Below are positions 40,826 through 50,157 of a stretch of 64,000 bases of DNA, piece after piece. The notes beneath the pieces are model-generated. The model was not told the origin of the DNA, did not search any database, and worked only from the letters and a program-made list of their open reading frames with translations. This stretch comes from an uncultured Gemmataceae bacterium (lineage in GTDB: Bacteria > Planctomycetota > Planctomycetia > Gemmatales > Gemmataceae). Within the stretch, counting starts at the first letter, position 1; each line of letters opens with the position of its first letter. A program made the translations under genes and the position numbers. Where the stretch lies: NCBI GenBank assembly GCA_963750165.1, contig CAVVPN010000003.1, forward strand, positions 544,001-608,000. Direction: 5' to 3'.

Positions 40826-41575
40826 TCATGGCTTGTGGGGCGAGTGATTTTCGCAGCGGTATCCGCCTGGGGAAGCGGACACCAAGAGGTTTTTCGAGCT
40901 AGTCGTCGTGGTAACGATGCTGGTTGATCCGCTCCGCCGAGCTCTGCTAACCCGCGCTGTCGTTGGGTGCCGCGGCCGGAAGTTGTGCGGCAGCGCCCAC
41001 CCCCGGCAGTGCAGCGCGCAGGGCGCGACACTGCCGTGCAGGTGTTGCACGACCTCGAAGTACCGGCTCATGGCCCGCATCAGCTGGCCCAACATGGTGC
41101 CGGTCCGGTGACCGCCCGGGTGCTGATACGCCGCGCCGTACTCCCGCGCCTGGCCGCACAATTGCTCGACCTGCTCCAGCAACCAGGCGGTCAGGGGTCG
41201 GTCTCGCGCCCACTCCTCCGACCGGCGTTGCCGTTGCGCGAAATTCGGGCGATCCGGGGTGCGGAACGCCTCCCAGACCTTTCGGGACAAGTCCGCGAAC
41301 GCTGCGCTGAGTTTGCCGCGGCTCCGGAGGTTGAGCCAGCCGCGCTGGAAGCAGCGCAACAAGACCACCAGCGGGTACAAGGCCCGCCACGCCTGGTGGG
41401 TGGCCGCCCAGCCATCGACGCTCACCGTCCGAAATTGGTAGTCGGGCTGCATGTCCGAGCCACCGCTTGGAAGGCCGCGTAGGCGGTTTGCAGATCCTCG
41501 GCGCCAGCCGTCGGGGCCAGGGCCGCCCCCAGGCAGCAGCCCGCGCCGACCGTGGTGGCGTGGGACGCCATCCTA
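40826..41575 (-). pseudogene. Degenerate, 5'-truncated DDE-type transposase
   Basis: TVSVDGWAATHQAWRALYPLVVLLRCF...HPGGHRT.TML...NFRP...NLLVSAS across frameshifts. Confidence 0.7.
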
Positions 41576-41938
41576 TCAGACAGGCAACAAAGTATGACAA
41601 TTTGAAGGGGTGTTTTTGCTTTGACGTACCGGCCCCCTCTCATGAAACCTGCTCCGGTCCGCCCCACCGATGCGAGTTTGGTCATGAAGCAAACTGCGTC
41701 GGACATATCGCCCGACGCAACGAAGGTGCAACGCAAGTGACTGGCGCCCAGCAGACGCCGTGCCGGAAACCCATGGCGCCCAAATGCGGTCAGAAATGCC
41801 GGGCAGGAAAAAGCAGGAAACTCCGTGGAAACTGTGCGATCGGGACTTGCGCCAGGGCCGAGTTCCTGTATAATATGGAAGTGTGTGATTTGTAAGCCGT
41901 GAAATGGCTTGCTCTTGCGATTTCCAGTCCTGCTACCG

Positions 41939-41985
41939 CTTGAATGGGGTTCAGGAGGTCGGAGGGTCGAATCCTCTCGGCCCGA
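41939..41985 (+). tRNA. 3' fragment of tRNA-Pro(GGG), probable att site
   Basis: Anticodon arm CTTGA-ATGGGGT-TCAGG, T-arm GGAGG-GTCGAAT-CCTCT, acceptor 3' strand CGGCCCG-A; D-arm and 5' acceptor strand absent. Confidence 0.8.
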
Positions 41986-42132
41986 CTTCGGAAGATCTGT
42001 TGTAGCAATAAGTTACGACAGCTCTTTTTACCCCGCCTTGGACAAATGCAAGAAACGCAAAAGGCCCCCACCGGCAGGGGCCAAAGAGCAAGCCTCTCGG
42101 CTTACCCCTGTTCTCAAACGGGAGATTTGCTC

Positions 42133-42334
42133 CTGCGTCCCTACAAACCCTGGTTCCGCGCCGCCTCGCAAGCGCAAGTCTGGTTGGAACGCTTCGCCGG
42201 AAATCACACGGCTGATGGCCGGCAACCCCGCCCATGTCTCCAGTACCGACGGAGTCCTGGTCGCCCAGGTGTGTGACCTGTTCCTCGACTTCTCCCAAAA
42301 GCACCACACCCCCACCCCCCCGGGTGCGAGTTGA
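42133..42334 (+). pseudogene. Tyrosine integrase N-terminal remnant
   Basis: RPYKPWFR then, in another frame, RLMA...LVAQVCDLFLDFSQKHHTP, resembling planctomycete integrase N-termini; next to the tRNA fragment. Confidence 0.6.
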
Positions 42335-42349
42335 GAGGAGAGCCCACGA

Positions 42350-42601
42350 ATGGCGGATGAGGTAACACTCCTCGTCAATGGCCAGCTCGTCACGGTGGCA
42401 GCCGACACCACCGTCGCGGCGGTGCTGCTGACCGCCGGCATCACCACGTTCCGCCGCTCCGTCGCCGGCTCGCCGCGCGGCCCGCTGTGCGGCATGGGCG
42501 TCTGCTTCGAGTGCCGCGTCACCATCGACGGCGTGCCGCACCGCCTCGCCTGCCAGACATCATGCGCCGCCGGTATGGAGGTTCGCACCGATGGGCCGTG
42601 A
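42350..42601 (+). CDS. 2Fe-2S subunit (D-hydroxyproline dehydrogenase / HcnA-like)
   Basis: RGPLCGMGVCFECRVTIDG...LAC. Confidence 0.9.
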   Translation: MADEVTLLVNGQLVTVAADTTVAAVLLTAGITTFRRSVAGSPRGPLCGMGVCFECRVTIDGVPHRLACQTSCAAGMEVRTDGP

Positions 42602-43841
42602 CCGCGCCTGTGACGTGCTCGTGGTCGGCGGCGGGCCGGCCGGGTTGGCCGCCGGCGCCGCTGCGGTTGCCTCGGGCCGGCGCGTCGTCCTGGCCGATGA
42701 CAACCCGACCTGGGGCGGCCAGATCTGGCGCGGCGAAGCGAACAAGCCTTCCGACCGCACGGCGCAGCGCTGGTTCGCGCAGGCCGCGGCCAGCGTCCAC
42801 CTCCTGCCTGGCCTGCGCGTGTTCGCCCAACCCGCACCGCATACCCTCTGGGCCGAGTCCGCCCAGGGCCGCGTCACGCTCACCTACGAGCGCTTGATCC
42901 TGGCCTGCGGCGCCCGCGAGCGCTTCCTGCCGTTCCCGGGCTGGACGCTGCCGGGCGTCTGCGGCGCGGGCGGCTTGCAGGCACTCGTCAAGACGGGCCT
43001 GCCGGTCGCCAGCAAGCGCGTGGTCGTGGCCGGTAGCGGCCCGCTGCTGCTGGCGGTCGCGGCCTACCTGCGGCACCAGGGAGCGCAAATCCCGCTGATC
43101 GCGGAGCAGGCGGCCTGGGGCCGGCTGCTGCGCTTCGGTCTCGGCCTGTCCGCCCACCCCGGCAAACTGGCCCAGGCGCTTGGCCTGCGCTGGCGGCTGC
43201 GCGGCGTGGCGTACCGCACCGGCTGCTGGCCCGTGGCCGCGCACGGTGATGAGCGGCTGGCTTCCGTCACGCTGACCGACGGCCGGAAATCCTGGGACGA
43301 GCCCTGCGATTACCTGGCGTGCGGCTTTGGTCTGGTGCCGAACGTCGAGCTACCGGCGCTGCTCGGTTGCGGCCTCCGCGGCGGCGCCGTGCAGGTCGAT
43401 GACTGGCAACGCACCACCATCCCCGGCGTCTTCTGTGCCGGCGAGGCGGTCGGCATCGGCGGCCTGGACGCGGCGCTGGTCGAGGGCGCCATCGCTGGCC
43501 ACGCCGCCGCCGGCAACCGCGCCGCGGCGCGGCGGCTGTTCGGCCGACGGCGGCGGGCGCGGCGCTTCGCCCGCGCCCTGGACGCCGCCTTCGCGCTGCG
43601 GTCGGAACTGCGGGCGCTGCCGCAGCCGGACACCATCGTTTGCCGCTGCGAGGATGTGGCCTGGGGCCGGCTGGCGCCTTATGACAGCTGGCGGGCGGCC
43701 AAGTTGCAGACACGCTGCGGCATGGGGCCGTGTCAGGGACGGATCTGCGGCCCGGCCCTGGCGTTCCTGCGCGGCGTCGAGCCCGAGTCGCTGCGGCCGC
43801 CGGCCCTGCCCGCGCGCGTGGACAGTCTGTTAATCGAATAA
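42591..43841 (+). CDS. FAD-dependent oxidoreductase with BFD-like C-terminus (D-hydroxyproline dehydrogenase / HcnB-like subunit)
   Basis: VVGGGPAG, GARERFLPFPGWTLPGV, VCRCEDV, RCGMGPCQGRICG. Confidence 0.88.
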   Translation: MGRDRACDVLVVGGGPAGLAAGAAAVASGRRVVLADDNPTWGGQIWRGEANKPSDRTAQRWFAQAAASVHLLPGLRVFAQPAPHTLWAESAQGRVTLTYERLILACGARERFLPFPGWTLPGVCGAGGLQALVKTGLPVASKRVVVAGSGPLLLAVAAYLRHQGAQIPLIAEQAAWGRLLRFGLGLSAHPGKLAQALGLRWRLRGVAYRTGCWPVAAHGDERLASVTLTDGRKSWDEPCDYLACGFGLVPNVELPALLGCGLRGGAVQVDDWQRTTIPGVFCAGEAVGIGGLDAALVEGAIAGHAAAGNRAAARRLFGRRRRARRFARALDAAFALRSELRALPQPDTIVCRCEDVAWGRLAPYDSWRAAKLQTRCGMGPCQGRICGPALAFLRGVEPESLRPPALPARVDSLLIE

Positions 43842-43856
43842 CCGGAGTGCGTAACG

Positions 43857-44753
43857 ATGCAATGGCAAGGGGTGATCCCGGCAATGACGACCGCGTTCCG
43901 TGAGGATCTGTCAGTCGATCACGACTTCGTGGGCAAACACGCGGCGTGGCTGGTCGAGGCGGGCTGCACCGGCGTGGTCGCCCTGGGTTCGCTCGGCGAG
44001 GGGGCGACGCTGACCGAGGCGGAAAAGACGGTGGTGCTGAAGACGTGCGTCCAGGCGCTCGGCGGTCGGGCGCCGGTGGTGGCGGGCGTCTCGGCGCTGA
44101 GCACGGCGGAGGCGGTGCGGCTGTCGAAGACCGCCGCGGACGCGGGTTGCCGGGGCCTCATGGTGCTGCCACCCTACGTCTACTCGACGGACTGGCGCGA
44201 GATGAAGGCCCACGTCGCCGCGGTGCTGCGGGCCACGCCGCTCTCCTGCATGCTCTACAACAACCCCGTCGCCTACAGGACCGACTTCCTGCCACAGCAC
44301 ATCGCCGAACTCGCCGGTGAGCACGCCAACCTCGCGGCGGTGAAGGAGTCCAGCGCCGACGTGCGCCGCGTCACGGCGCTGCGGGCGCTGCTCGGCGAAC
44401 GGCTGCGCCTCCTCGTCGGCGTCGATGACCTGATCGTCGAGGGCGTCGCCGCGGGGGCGGTCGGCTGGATCGCTGGCCTGGTCAACGCCTTCCCGCGCGA
44501 GTCCGTTGCCCTGTTCGAGGGCGCCCGCCGCGGGCCGTCAGAGCAGGTGCGGAAGCTCTACGAGTGGTTCCTGCCGCTGCTGCGCCTGGACACGGTGCCG
44601 AAGTTCGTGCAGATGATCAAGCTGGCGCAGGCGGCGGTCGGCATGGGCAGCGCCCGCGTGCGGCCGCCACGGTTGGAGTTGATCGGCGACGAGCTGCGCG
44701 AGACGCAGGCGGTGATCCAGACGGCGCTGGCCCGGCGCGAGTCGGTGCGCTGA
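43857..44753 (+). CDS. DapA/DHDPS-family protein, likely 1-pyrroline-4-hydroxy-2-carboxylate deaminase
   Basis: LGSLGE, MLYNNPVAY, VKESSADVRR, KFVQMIKL; gene context. Confidence 0.85.
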   Translation: MQWQGVIPAMTTAFREDLSVDHDFVGKHAAWLVEAGCTGVVALGSLGEGATLTEAEKTVVLKTCVQALGGRAPVVAGVSALSTAEAVRLSKTAADAGCRGLMVLPPYVYSTDWREMKAHVAAVLRATPLSCMLYNNPVAYRTDFLPQHIAELAGEHANLAAVKESSADVRRVTALRALLGERLRLLVGVDDLIVEGVAAGAVGWIAGLVNAFPRESVALFEGARRGPSEQVRKLYEWFLPLLRLDTVPKFVQMIKLAQAAVGMGSARVRPPRLELIGDELRETQAVIQTALARRESVR

Positions 44754-44866
44754 GCCGCTGGACGCCGCGCACCCATTTCTTGCAGAAGGCCAGGCGGCCA
44801 GCGGTCGCGGGCGGCGGCGGTATGGCCCGGGATGGGCACGGCGGGACACGTTGTTGCGCCGGCTGT

Positions 44867-44928
44867 CACAGCAAGGGGGCCAAGACTGCCAAGAGTGCCA
44901 ACTTTTTCACACGTCGAGATCTGGCGCC
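44867..44928. repeat. Dispersed repeat, copy 2 (partner 6397-6458)
   Basis: CACAGCAAGGGGGCCAAGACTGCCAAGAGTGCCAACTTTTTCACACGTCGAGAT. Confidence 0.85.
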
Positions 44929-45026
44929 CTGGTCGCTATTTTCTTGCAGAATGATGTGCGTCCGTTGAAAAGACAGAAAAGGTCAGGTTTGCTGTCATAC
45001 GAAAAACGGGCTGCCTGCTACGCGCG

Positions 45027-45126
45027 GTCGAACGAAATAGCTCAGCAGCGGTCTCACGCGGAGCACAGCGTTGAAGCGTTAGAACCGTCTATCGCGTGGG
45101 CCGTCTGCTGCAGCACATGGTTAGCC
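45027..45126 (-). mobile_element. Integron attC-like site
   Basis: Minus strand GGCTAAC...GCTGCAGCAGACGGCCCACGCG...CGCGTGAGACCGCTGCTGAGC...GTTCGAC; ~100 bp imperfect hairpin 12 bp after a stop codon. Confidence 0.7.
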
Positions 45127-45138
45127 GACGAAGCTTCT

Positions 45139-45618
45139 TCAGGACGCCGGCCCCTGTGATTGCCCGGACGGTTCAGGCCACCTGTCGTGGTCCCAGCGGA
45201 ACGACTCATTCGGGTGTTGCTCACGCCTCCATTTTACATAGTGACCATTGCAACAGAAGCATTTCTCTCCGTCGTCCGTCTGAACGGCGATTCCTTTCTC
45301 GGCCAACCGCCCGCAACGACTGCATGTCCCGGCAACGTTCAGAGAAGGCTTGTTGACGCCATGCCAAGGAATTCTAGGGTATAGGTATCCGCTCGGTTCG
45401 TGAAGGCCGACAATGCAAATGGTCCCGTCCGGAGTCGGATTCTTCGATTCGCAATTGACACAATACGTCCAAAGGGCGCTGGGTATTTTCACGCCGCGAA
45501 TTGTGCAATATGCGTTGTCCAGGCGCGCGTCGGACAGGTAGTCCTCCCGACCCCAAACGCCTTCGTTGGCTCGGTTGAAGCCGCACACGCCACAGTTATC
45601 GAGACCACCGTTTGGCAT
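45139..45618 (-). CDS. Cys-rich hypothetical protein, probable gene cassette
   Basis: MPNGGLDNCGVCGFN...YCVNC...CSRCG...FCCNGHY; AAGGA RBS; followed by attC. Confidence 0.75.
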   Translation of the reverse strand: MPNGGLDNCGVCGFNRANEGVWGREDYLSDARLDNAYCTIRGVKIPSALWTYCVNCESKNPTPDGTICIVGLHEPSGYLYPRIPWHGVNKPSLNVAGTCSRCGRLAEKGIAVQTDDGEKCFCCNGHYVKWRREQHPNESFRWDHDRWPEPSGQSQGPAS

Positions 45619-45889
45619 CGGCTTTCCTTATGCGGCGTAGTCCGGGACTGGCGGTCACGGGGAACCGGGAATGGGCCGGACCAGAAACGGGTCGTTCACG
45701 TAGACCCGGGAGTTCGCCTCGTCAATCACGTAGCGAATCTTGCGGACCCCGACGCCCTCGGCGACATGGCGCAAGAGGGCGACCACCTGGGTCCAGGTCA
45801 GCGGAATCCACTCTTCGGTTGTCGGCGTTGGCTGGCTCCGTTGGCTCCCTTGATTGGACAAACCTTGCCGCAGAAGGACAGGCGTTGCC

Positions 45890-46651
45890 ATGCAGCCGCG
45901 CGAAGAATGGCAGATGGTCGGACAGCACATCGGCCGCCGCATCCTGGTGTTCGACGAACTTGACAGCACCAGCAACTTCGCGGCCCAGCGGGCGGGAGCG
46001 CCGGACACCGACGGCCTGGTGATCCTGGCCGACCGTCAGACCGCCGGCCGCGGCCAGTACGGTCGCACCTGGCAGTGTCCGCCGCGGGCCGGCGTGCTGC
46101 TGTCGGTGCTGCTGTACCCGCCGCCGGCGCTGCGGCGGCCGGCCGTGCTGACCGCGTGGGCAGCGGTGTCCGTCGCCGAACTGGTGCTGCAACTGACCGG
46201 GCAGCAGGCGCGCATCAAGTGGCCCAACGACGTGCTGATCCAGGGCAAGAAGGTGTGCGGCATCCTGATCGAGCAGCAGCGCGGCACCATCGTCGGCATC
46301 GGCCTGAACGTGTGGCAGACGCGGGAGGATTTCGCGGCGCTGGGACTGCCGGACGCGACGGCGTTGATGCACTGGTTACCCATCGACATGACTACCTATA
46401 CCGTGGCAACCATGCTCATCACGAAGCTGAATGAGGAATACACACGGCTGCTGCAGGGCGATCTGGCGACGCTGGAAGCGTGCTGGAAGTGGCGTATCGG
46501 GCTGCTGGGCAGGGAGGTGGTGGCCGAGGCGGCGGCCGGGACGGTGCGCGGCCGGCTGCTGGACCTGACGTTCGCGGCGGTCGAGCTGCAGACGGCGGCA
46601 GGCGTGGTGCGGTTGCCACCGGAGAGTGTGCGGCAGCTGGCGGCGGAATGA
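45890..46651 (+). CDS. birA: Biotin-[acetyl-CoA-carboxylase] ligase (no HTH)
   Basis: LDSTS, QTAGRGQYGRTW, KWPNDV, KKVCGILIE, GIGLNV. Confidence 0.92.
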   Translation: MQPREEWQMVGQHIGRRILVFDELDSTSNFAAQRAGAPDTDGLVILADRQTAGRGQYGRTWQCPPRAGVLLSVLLYPPPALRRPAVLTAWAAVSVAELVLQLTGQQARIKWPNDVLIQGKKVCGILIEQQRGTIVGIGLNVWQTREDFAALGLPDATALMHWLPIDMTTYTVATMLITKLNEEYTRLLQGDLATLEACWKWRIGLLGREVVAEAAAGTVRGRLLDLTFAAVELQTAAGVVRLPPESVRQLAAE

Positions 46652-46710
46652 TGAAACAGCCCGGCAGTTGCCCGCCGGGCCGCGCACCCTTTCAACCGCA
46701 GGACTGCGGA

Positions 46711-47088
46711 TTACTGGTCGTTCTTCTTTTTCTTCTTCTTGCCCATCGGCTCAACCTTGATGGCAGTGACGGTTTCCTTGTTGTCCTGCTTGTCGGTGGA
46801 GACGGTCACGGTGGCGTCGAGTTTGAGGCCGCTCAGGCCGCCTTCGATGAGCATCTCGCCGCCCTTCTTCTTGCCCTTGCCCTTGCCCTTGCCCTTGGCC
46901 TTGGCGGCGGTCGTGTAAATCTTGGTGTCGGCGGGCACCGTGAACGTCTTGTCGCCGTCGGTCGTGGTGATGACGAGGCTCTTGGTGTCGGCGTTGACCG
47001 ACTTGACCTTGCCCCTGTATTCGTCCGCCAGGACGACCGTGAAGCACAGGCCCAGCGTAAACAGCGCGCAGACCAAGAAACGCAGCAT
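46711..47088 (-). CDS. Secreted Lys-rich OB-fold-like hypothetical protein
   Basis: Signal peptide; KGKGKGK tract; GGAG RBS. Confidence 0.8.
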   Translation of the reverse strand: MLRFLVCALFTLGLCFTVVLADEYRGKVKSVNADTKSLVITTTDGDKTFTVPADTKIYTTAAKAKGKGKGKGKKKGGEMLIEGGLSGLKLDATVTVSTDKQDNKETVTAIKVEPMGKKKKKKNDQ

Positions 47089-47257
47089 GGCGCGGACTCC
47101 TTTGCAGTCGGCTCGAACTACGAATCCCGGAACGGTTCAGGGATTTCATTGCGATTTGCGATTCGGCTCCAGGTCGTACCATCCGGAAGCCCAGGCGTGG
47201 CGAGCACTAACCTAAACACCGCCGCCGGATCAAGGTTTCGCCATTTTTTCGCGGGAT

Positions 47258-48621
47258 TCAGGGCTGGCTCAGGCCGACGAAGCTGCCGTCGTGCTCGCGG
47301 GCCAGCACCCACAGGAACGCGCCCACGTCCGGGCTGTCGTAGTAGAAGCCGACGGCGTTGATGCGCATGCGCGGCAGTTTGGCGTCGGCGGCGTTCCAGG
47401 TCTTCAGGGCGTCGCGCAGGTATTTGCTGCAACGGGCGGTGCGGTCGCGGTCGCTGAGGCCGTCGGGCTGAGGCGGCAAACCAGCGCCGACGTTCGGCAG
47501 GCCATCGGACAGCAGGTAAATGGTGTCGAGGCCGAGGGGGCGGTAGCGGAACGCCTCGCGGAACGCGGCGGCCATGTTGGTCGCGCCGGCGGGCTTGCTG
47601 CGCTGCAACACCTCCACCGTCAGGCGGTCGCTCACGCCCGCCCGGAAGTCCAGCCATTTGCCGGCGTGGCCCAGCGGATAGCTGGCGTCGTCAGCGAACA
47701 GGATGATCTGGTACTGTTCCAGGTCCGGCAGGCTGGCCATGATCTTGCCCAGCGTGCGACACACCAGCGGCCATTTTTTCGGGTCCGGCGTCTGGAAGTC
47801 GAGCTTGCCCATGCTGCCGGACAGGTCGAGCAGGAACACGACGCGCCGCCCCGTCAGCGCCACGCCGGCGAAGCGCTGATCGGCCGCCGCCTGGAGCTGC
47901 TGCACCCGGGCCGCCAGCAATTTTGTCTGCCCTTGCAGGCCGGTGATGGTGCCCTTTGCCTCGGTCAGTGCGCCGTCGCGCCGGGCCAGCGTCTGCTCCA
48001 GCTGTTGCTTTTCGTTAAGCAGACCCGTCAGTTTTTGCTCCGCGGTCAACAGGGCCTGCTGGCGCTGGGCGGCGTCGCGTTCCAGGGACTGCATTTTGTC
48101 GCGGGCCTGGGCGACCTGTCGCTGCAGCAGCGCAGCCTGGTCCTGCGCCGCCCGCAGCTGGCTGGCCAGGGCCTCGGCCCGTGCGGTCGCCGTGGCGTAC
48201 TGGACCTGCTGCCCCGCCAGCGCCTGGGTCAGCGCCTGCCGCTGCTCCTTCGCCAGCGCCTGCTGGCCGCGCAGCGCCTCCGCCGCGGCGGCGAACTGGC
48301 TGACCTGGCCCAGCGCTTCCTTGAGCGTCTGGCGCAGCGCGTTGGCTTCCTCGCGCCGGCCAACGCTTGCTGCTCCAGGCCGCCCACCTGGAGCCGGCTG
48401 GCCGCCAGGGACTGGCGCACCGCCTGCAACTCCTGCTCGGCGGTATCGAGGGAGCGCTGCTGCTGGCTCAGTCGCTGGCCGGTCTGCTCGGCGGCGCTGG
48501 CCTCCTCGCGGGCAACCCGCTGGTTGAGCAGCCACAGCAGGATGACGCAGCCCAGGGCACAGCAGAGCACGTCCACCATGGACAGGTTGAAGATCGTCGG
48601 CACACGATGACGGATGCGCAT
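47258..48621 (-). CDS. ExbD-like TM + coiled coil + vWA domain protein (frameshift ~48357)
   Basis: FNLSMVDVLCCALG TM; long QxxA coiled coil; VVFLLDLSGSM, ATN, LLSDGLP MIDAS residues. Confidence 0.8.
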
Positions 48622-48645
48622 GGCGGTCTTCCTCATCAAAAAGAG

Positions 48646-48749
48646 AATTCACCACAGAGAACGCGGAGAACGCAGAGAAAAGACAACAGAGTTTGTTGTT
48701 TAATTCCTCTGTCTTTTCTCCGCGCTCTCCGCGTTCTCTGTGGTGAATT
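48646..48749. repeat. Intergenic palindrome with 9-nt internal repeats
   Basis: AATTCACCACAGAGAACGCGGAGAACGCAGAGAAAAGACA...TGTCTTTTCTCCGCGCTCTCCGCGTTCTCTGTGGTGAATT. Confidence 0.85.
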
Positions 48750-48762
48750 ATTTTCCCCAGCG

Positions 48763-49955
48763 TCACGCGCTGTCGGCCACGCCCACCGCGGCGGGCTGGC
48801 CCAGGAAGCGCAGCAGTGGACCGTTCGGCCCCAGGCGGATCCAGTCGCCGGGCGCAGCGGCACGGTCGGCTCGGCGGGCGCCTCGTTGAGCAGGGTGCCG
48901 ACGGCGCTGCGGTCGCACAGCAGGTACGTCGGCGCGTCGTAGATGATCTCGCAGTGCCGCGGCGACACGGTCGGGTAAAACTCAGCGCCAAAGACCAGGT
49001 CACAGTCCGGGTGACGGCCGAGGGTGAAGGTGTATTCGGGCAACGGAAAATCCTGGCCCTGGAAGTGCAACCGCGGACCGCCGGCCTCGACCTCCAGCGG
49101 CGTCGCCGTGGCCTGGTCGGGAGACCAGGCCACAACGGCGGGTGCGGGCTGCCGCGGCGGCACTGTGGCTGGCTCACCGACGCGGTTGACCAGGTGCTCC
49201 AGGCAGTAGCCCTGGCAGTCAATGACCAGCGTCTCCTCGGCACGCTGGACCAGGTGGACCAGCAACATCACGCCGAGACTCAGGGCCAGGGCGATCAGTG
49301 TGCAGTCGAAGGCAACGCCAAGATGCCGGGTGGCCTGGTCGAGAAAGGTCCGCAGTTCCTCGTCGGCGCGGCCGGCCAGGGTGAAACTGCCCGCCAGGCC
49401 GCGGACGGTGCCGAGGAAGCCAAGCGCCGGGATCGCCCAGGCGAGGTAGTGGACCAGGGCCATGCTGCTGACGAGCCGGCCCTGTTCGATTTCCGCCTGT
49501 GCCCGCACGGTTTCGCCCAGCTGCTGGCCGGAGCGGCTGACGGCGAAGCGGGCCAGCGCCAGGCGGATCAGGTTGACGAGGATGAGCGGCCCGCGCTGCA
49601 CCGTGACGGCCTGCAAGTGCCGTTGATAGCGCTCGGCGTCCTCCGGCAGCAGGCGTGTGCGCGGCGGCGCCGGCAGCAGTGGCAGCGTGAAGGCGCGGCG
49701 CTGGCGGCGCACCTCCCAGCCGCGGCTGACGAGGATGAAGCACGCCCAGAGGCAGCAGCAGTAGCAGGCGACCTGTTCGGGGCCGACGAGCAGGCGACAC
49801 CAGCGCTCGGCGGTCCAGGCGGGGCCGAGACTCAGCGCGGCAGCGTCGCCGGTCAGCGTCTGGGCCAGCGGCACGCAGACGAGGCCGACCACGGCGAGCG
49901 TGAGGATGAGCAGCGGCCATTCACGGGTGGGGCGGTGCGACGGCGTCAGTGCCAT
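48763..49955 (-). CDS. MotA/TolQ/ExbB proton-channel protein fused to an FHA domain (frameshift ~48850)
   Basis: AIPALGFLGTVRGL, LGVAFDCTLIAL; TLGRHPDCDLVF..VSPRHCEI..DRSAVGTLLN; corrected frame ends LRPGDWIRLGPNGP. Confidence 0.82.
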
Positions 49956-50157
49956 GAGGGTGCCCAGGTGCGGAGGTCAACCGGGCCGTCACGGGTCCGT
50001 CCAGTGGGGCCGCGGTTCAGGAGAAAAGGTATTGTGGAAAGCCCCCACGGTGGCTGTCAAGGGCAAGTGCGTCGATCTTTTCCTTTGTGCCCTCCGTGCC
50101 TTTGTGGTGAAATACTTCTGACGACCCTACCCGCAACCGACCCGCAAGGTGAAGGCG

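Noticed and set aside
41939..41985. Functional tRNA-Pro
   Set aside because: 5' acceptor strand and D-arm are missing and the T-loop is mutated
42350..43841. Hydrogen cyanide synthase hcnAB
   Set aside because: Homologous family, but no hcnC is present and the adjacent DapA-like deaminase favours hydroxyproline catabolism
45001..45030. Serine recombinase start (KRAACYAR)
   Set aside because: Too short, and the following sequence is better explained as attC on the other strand
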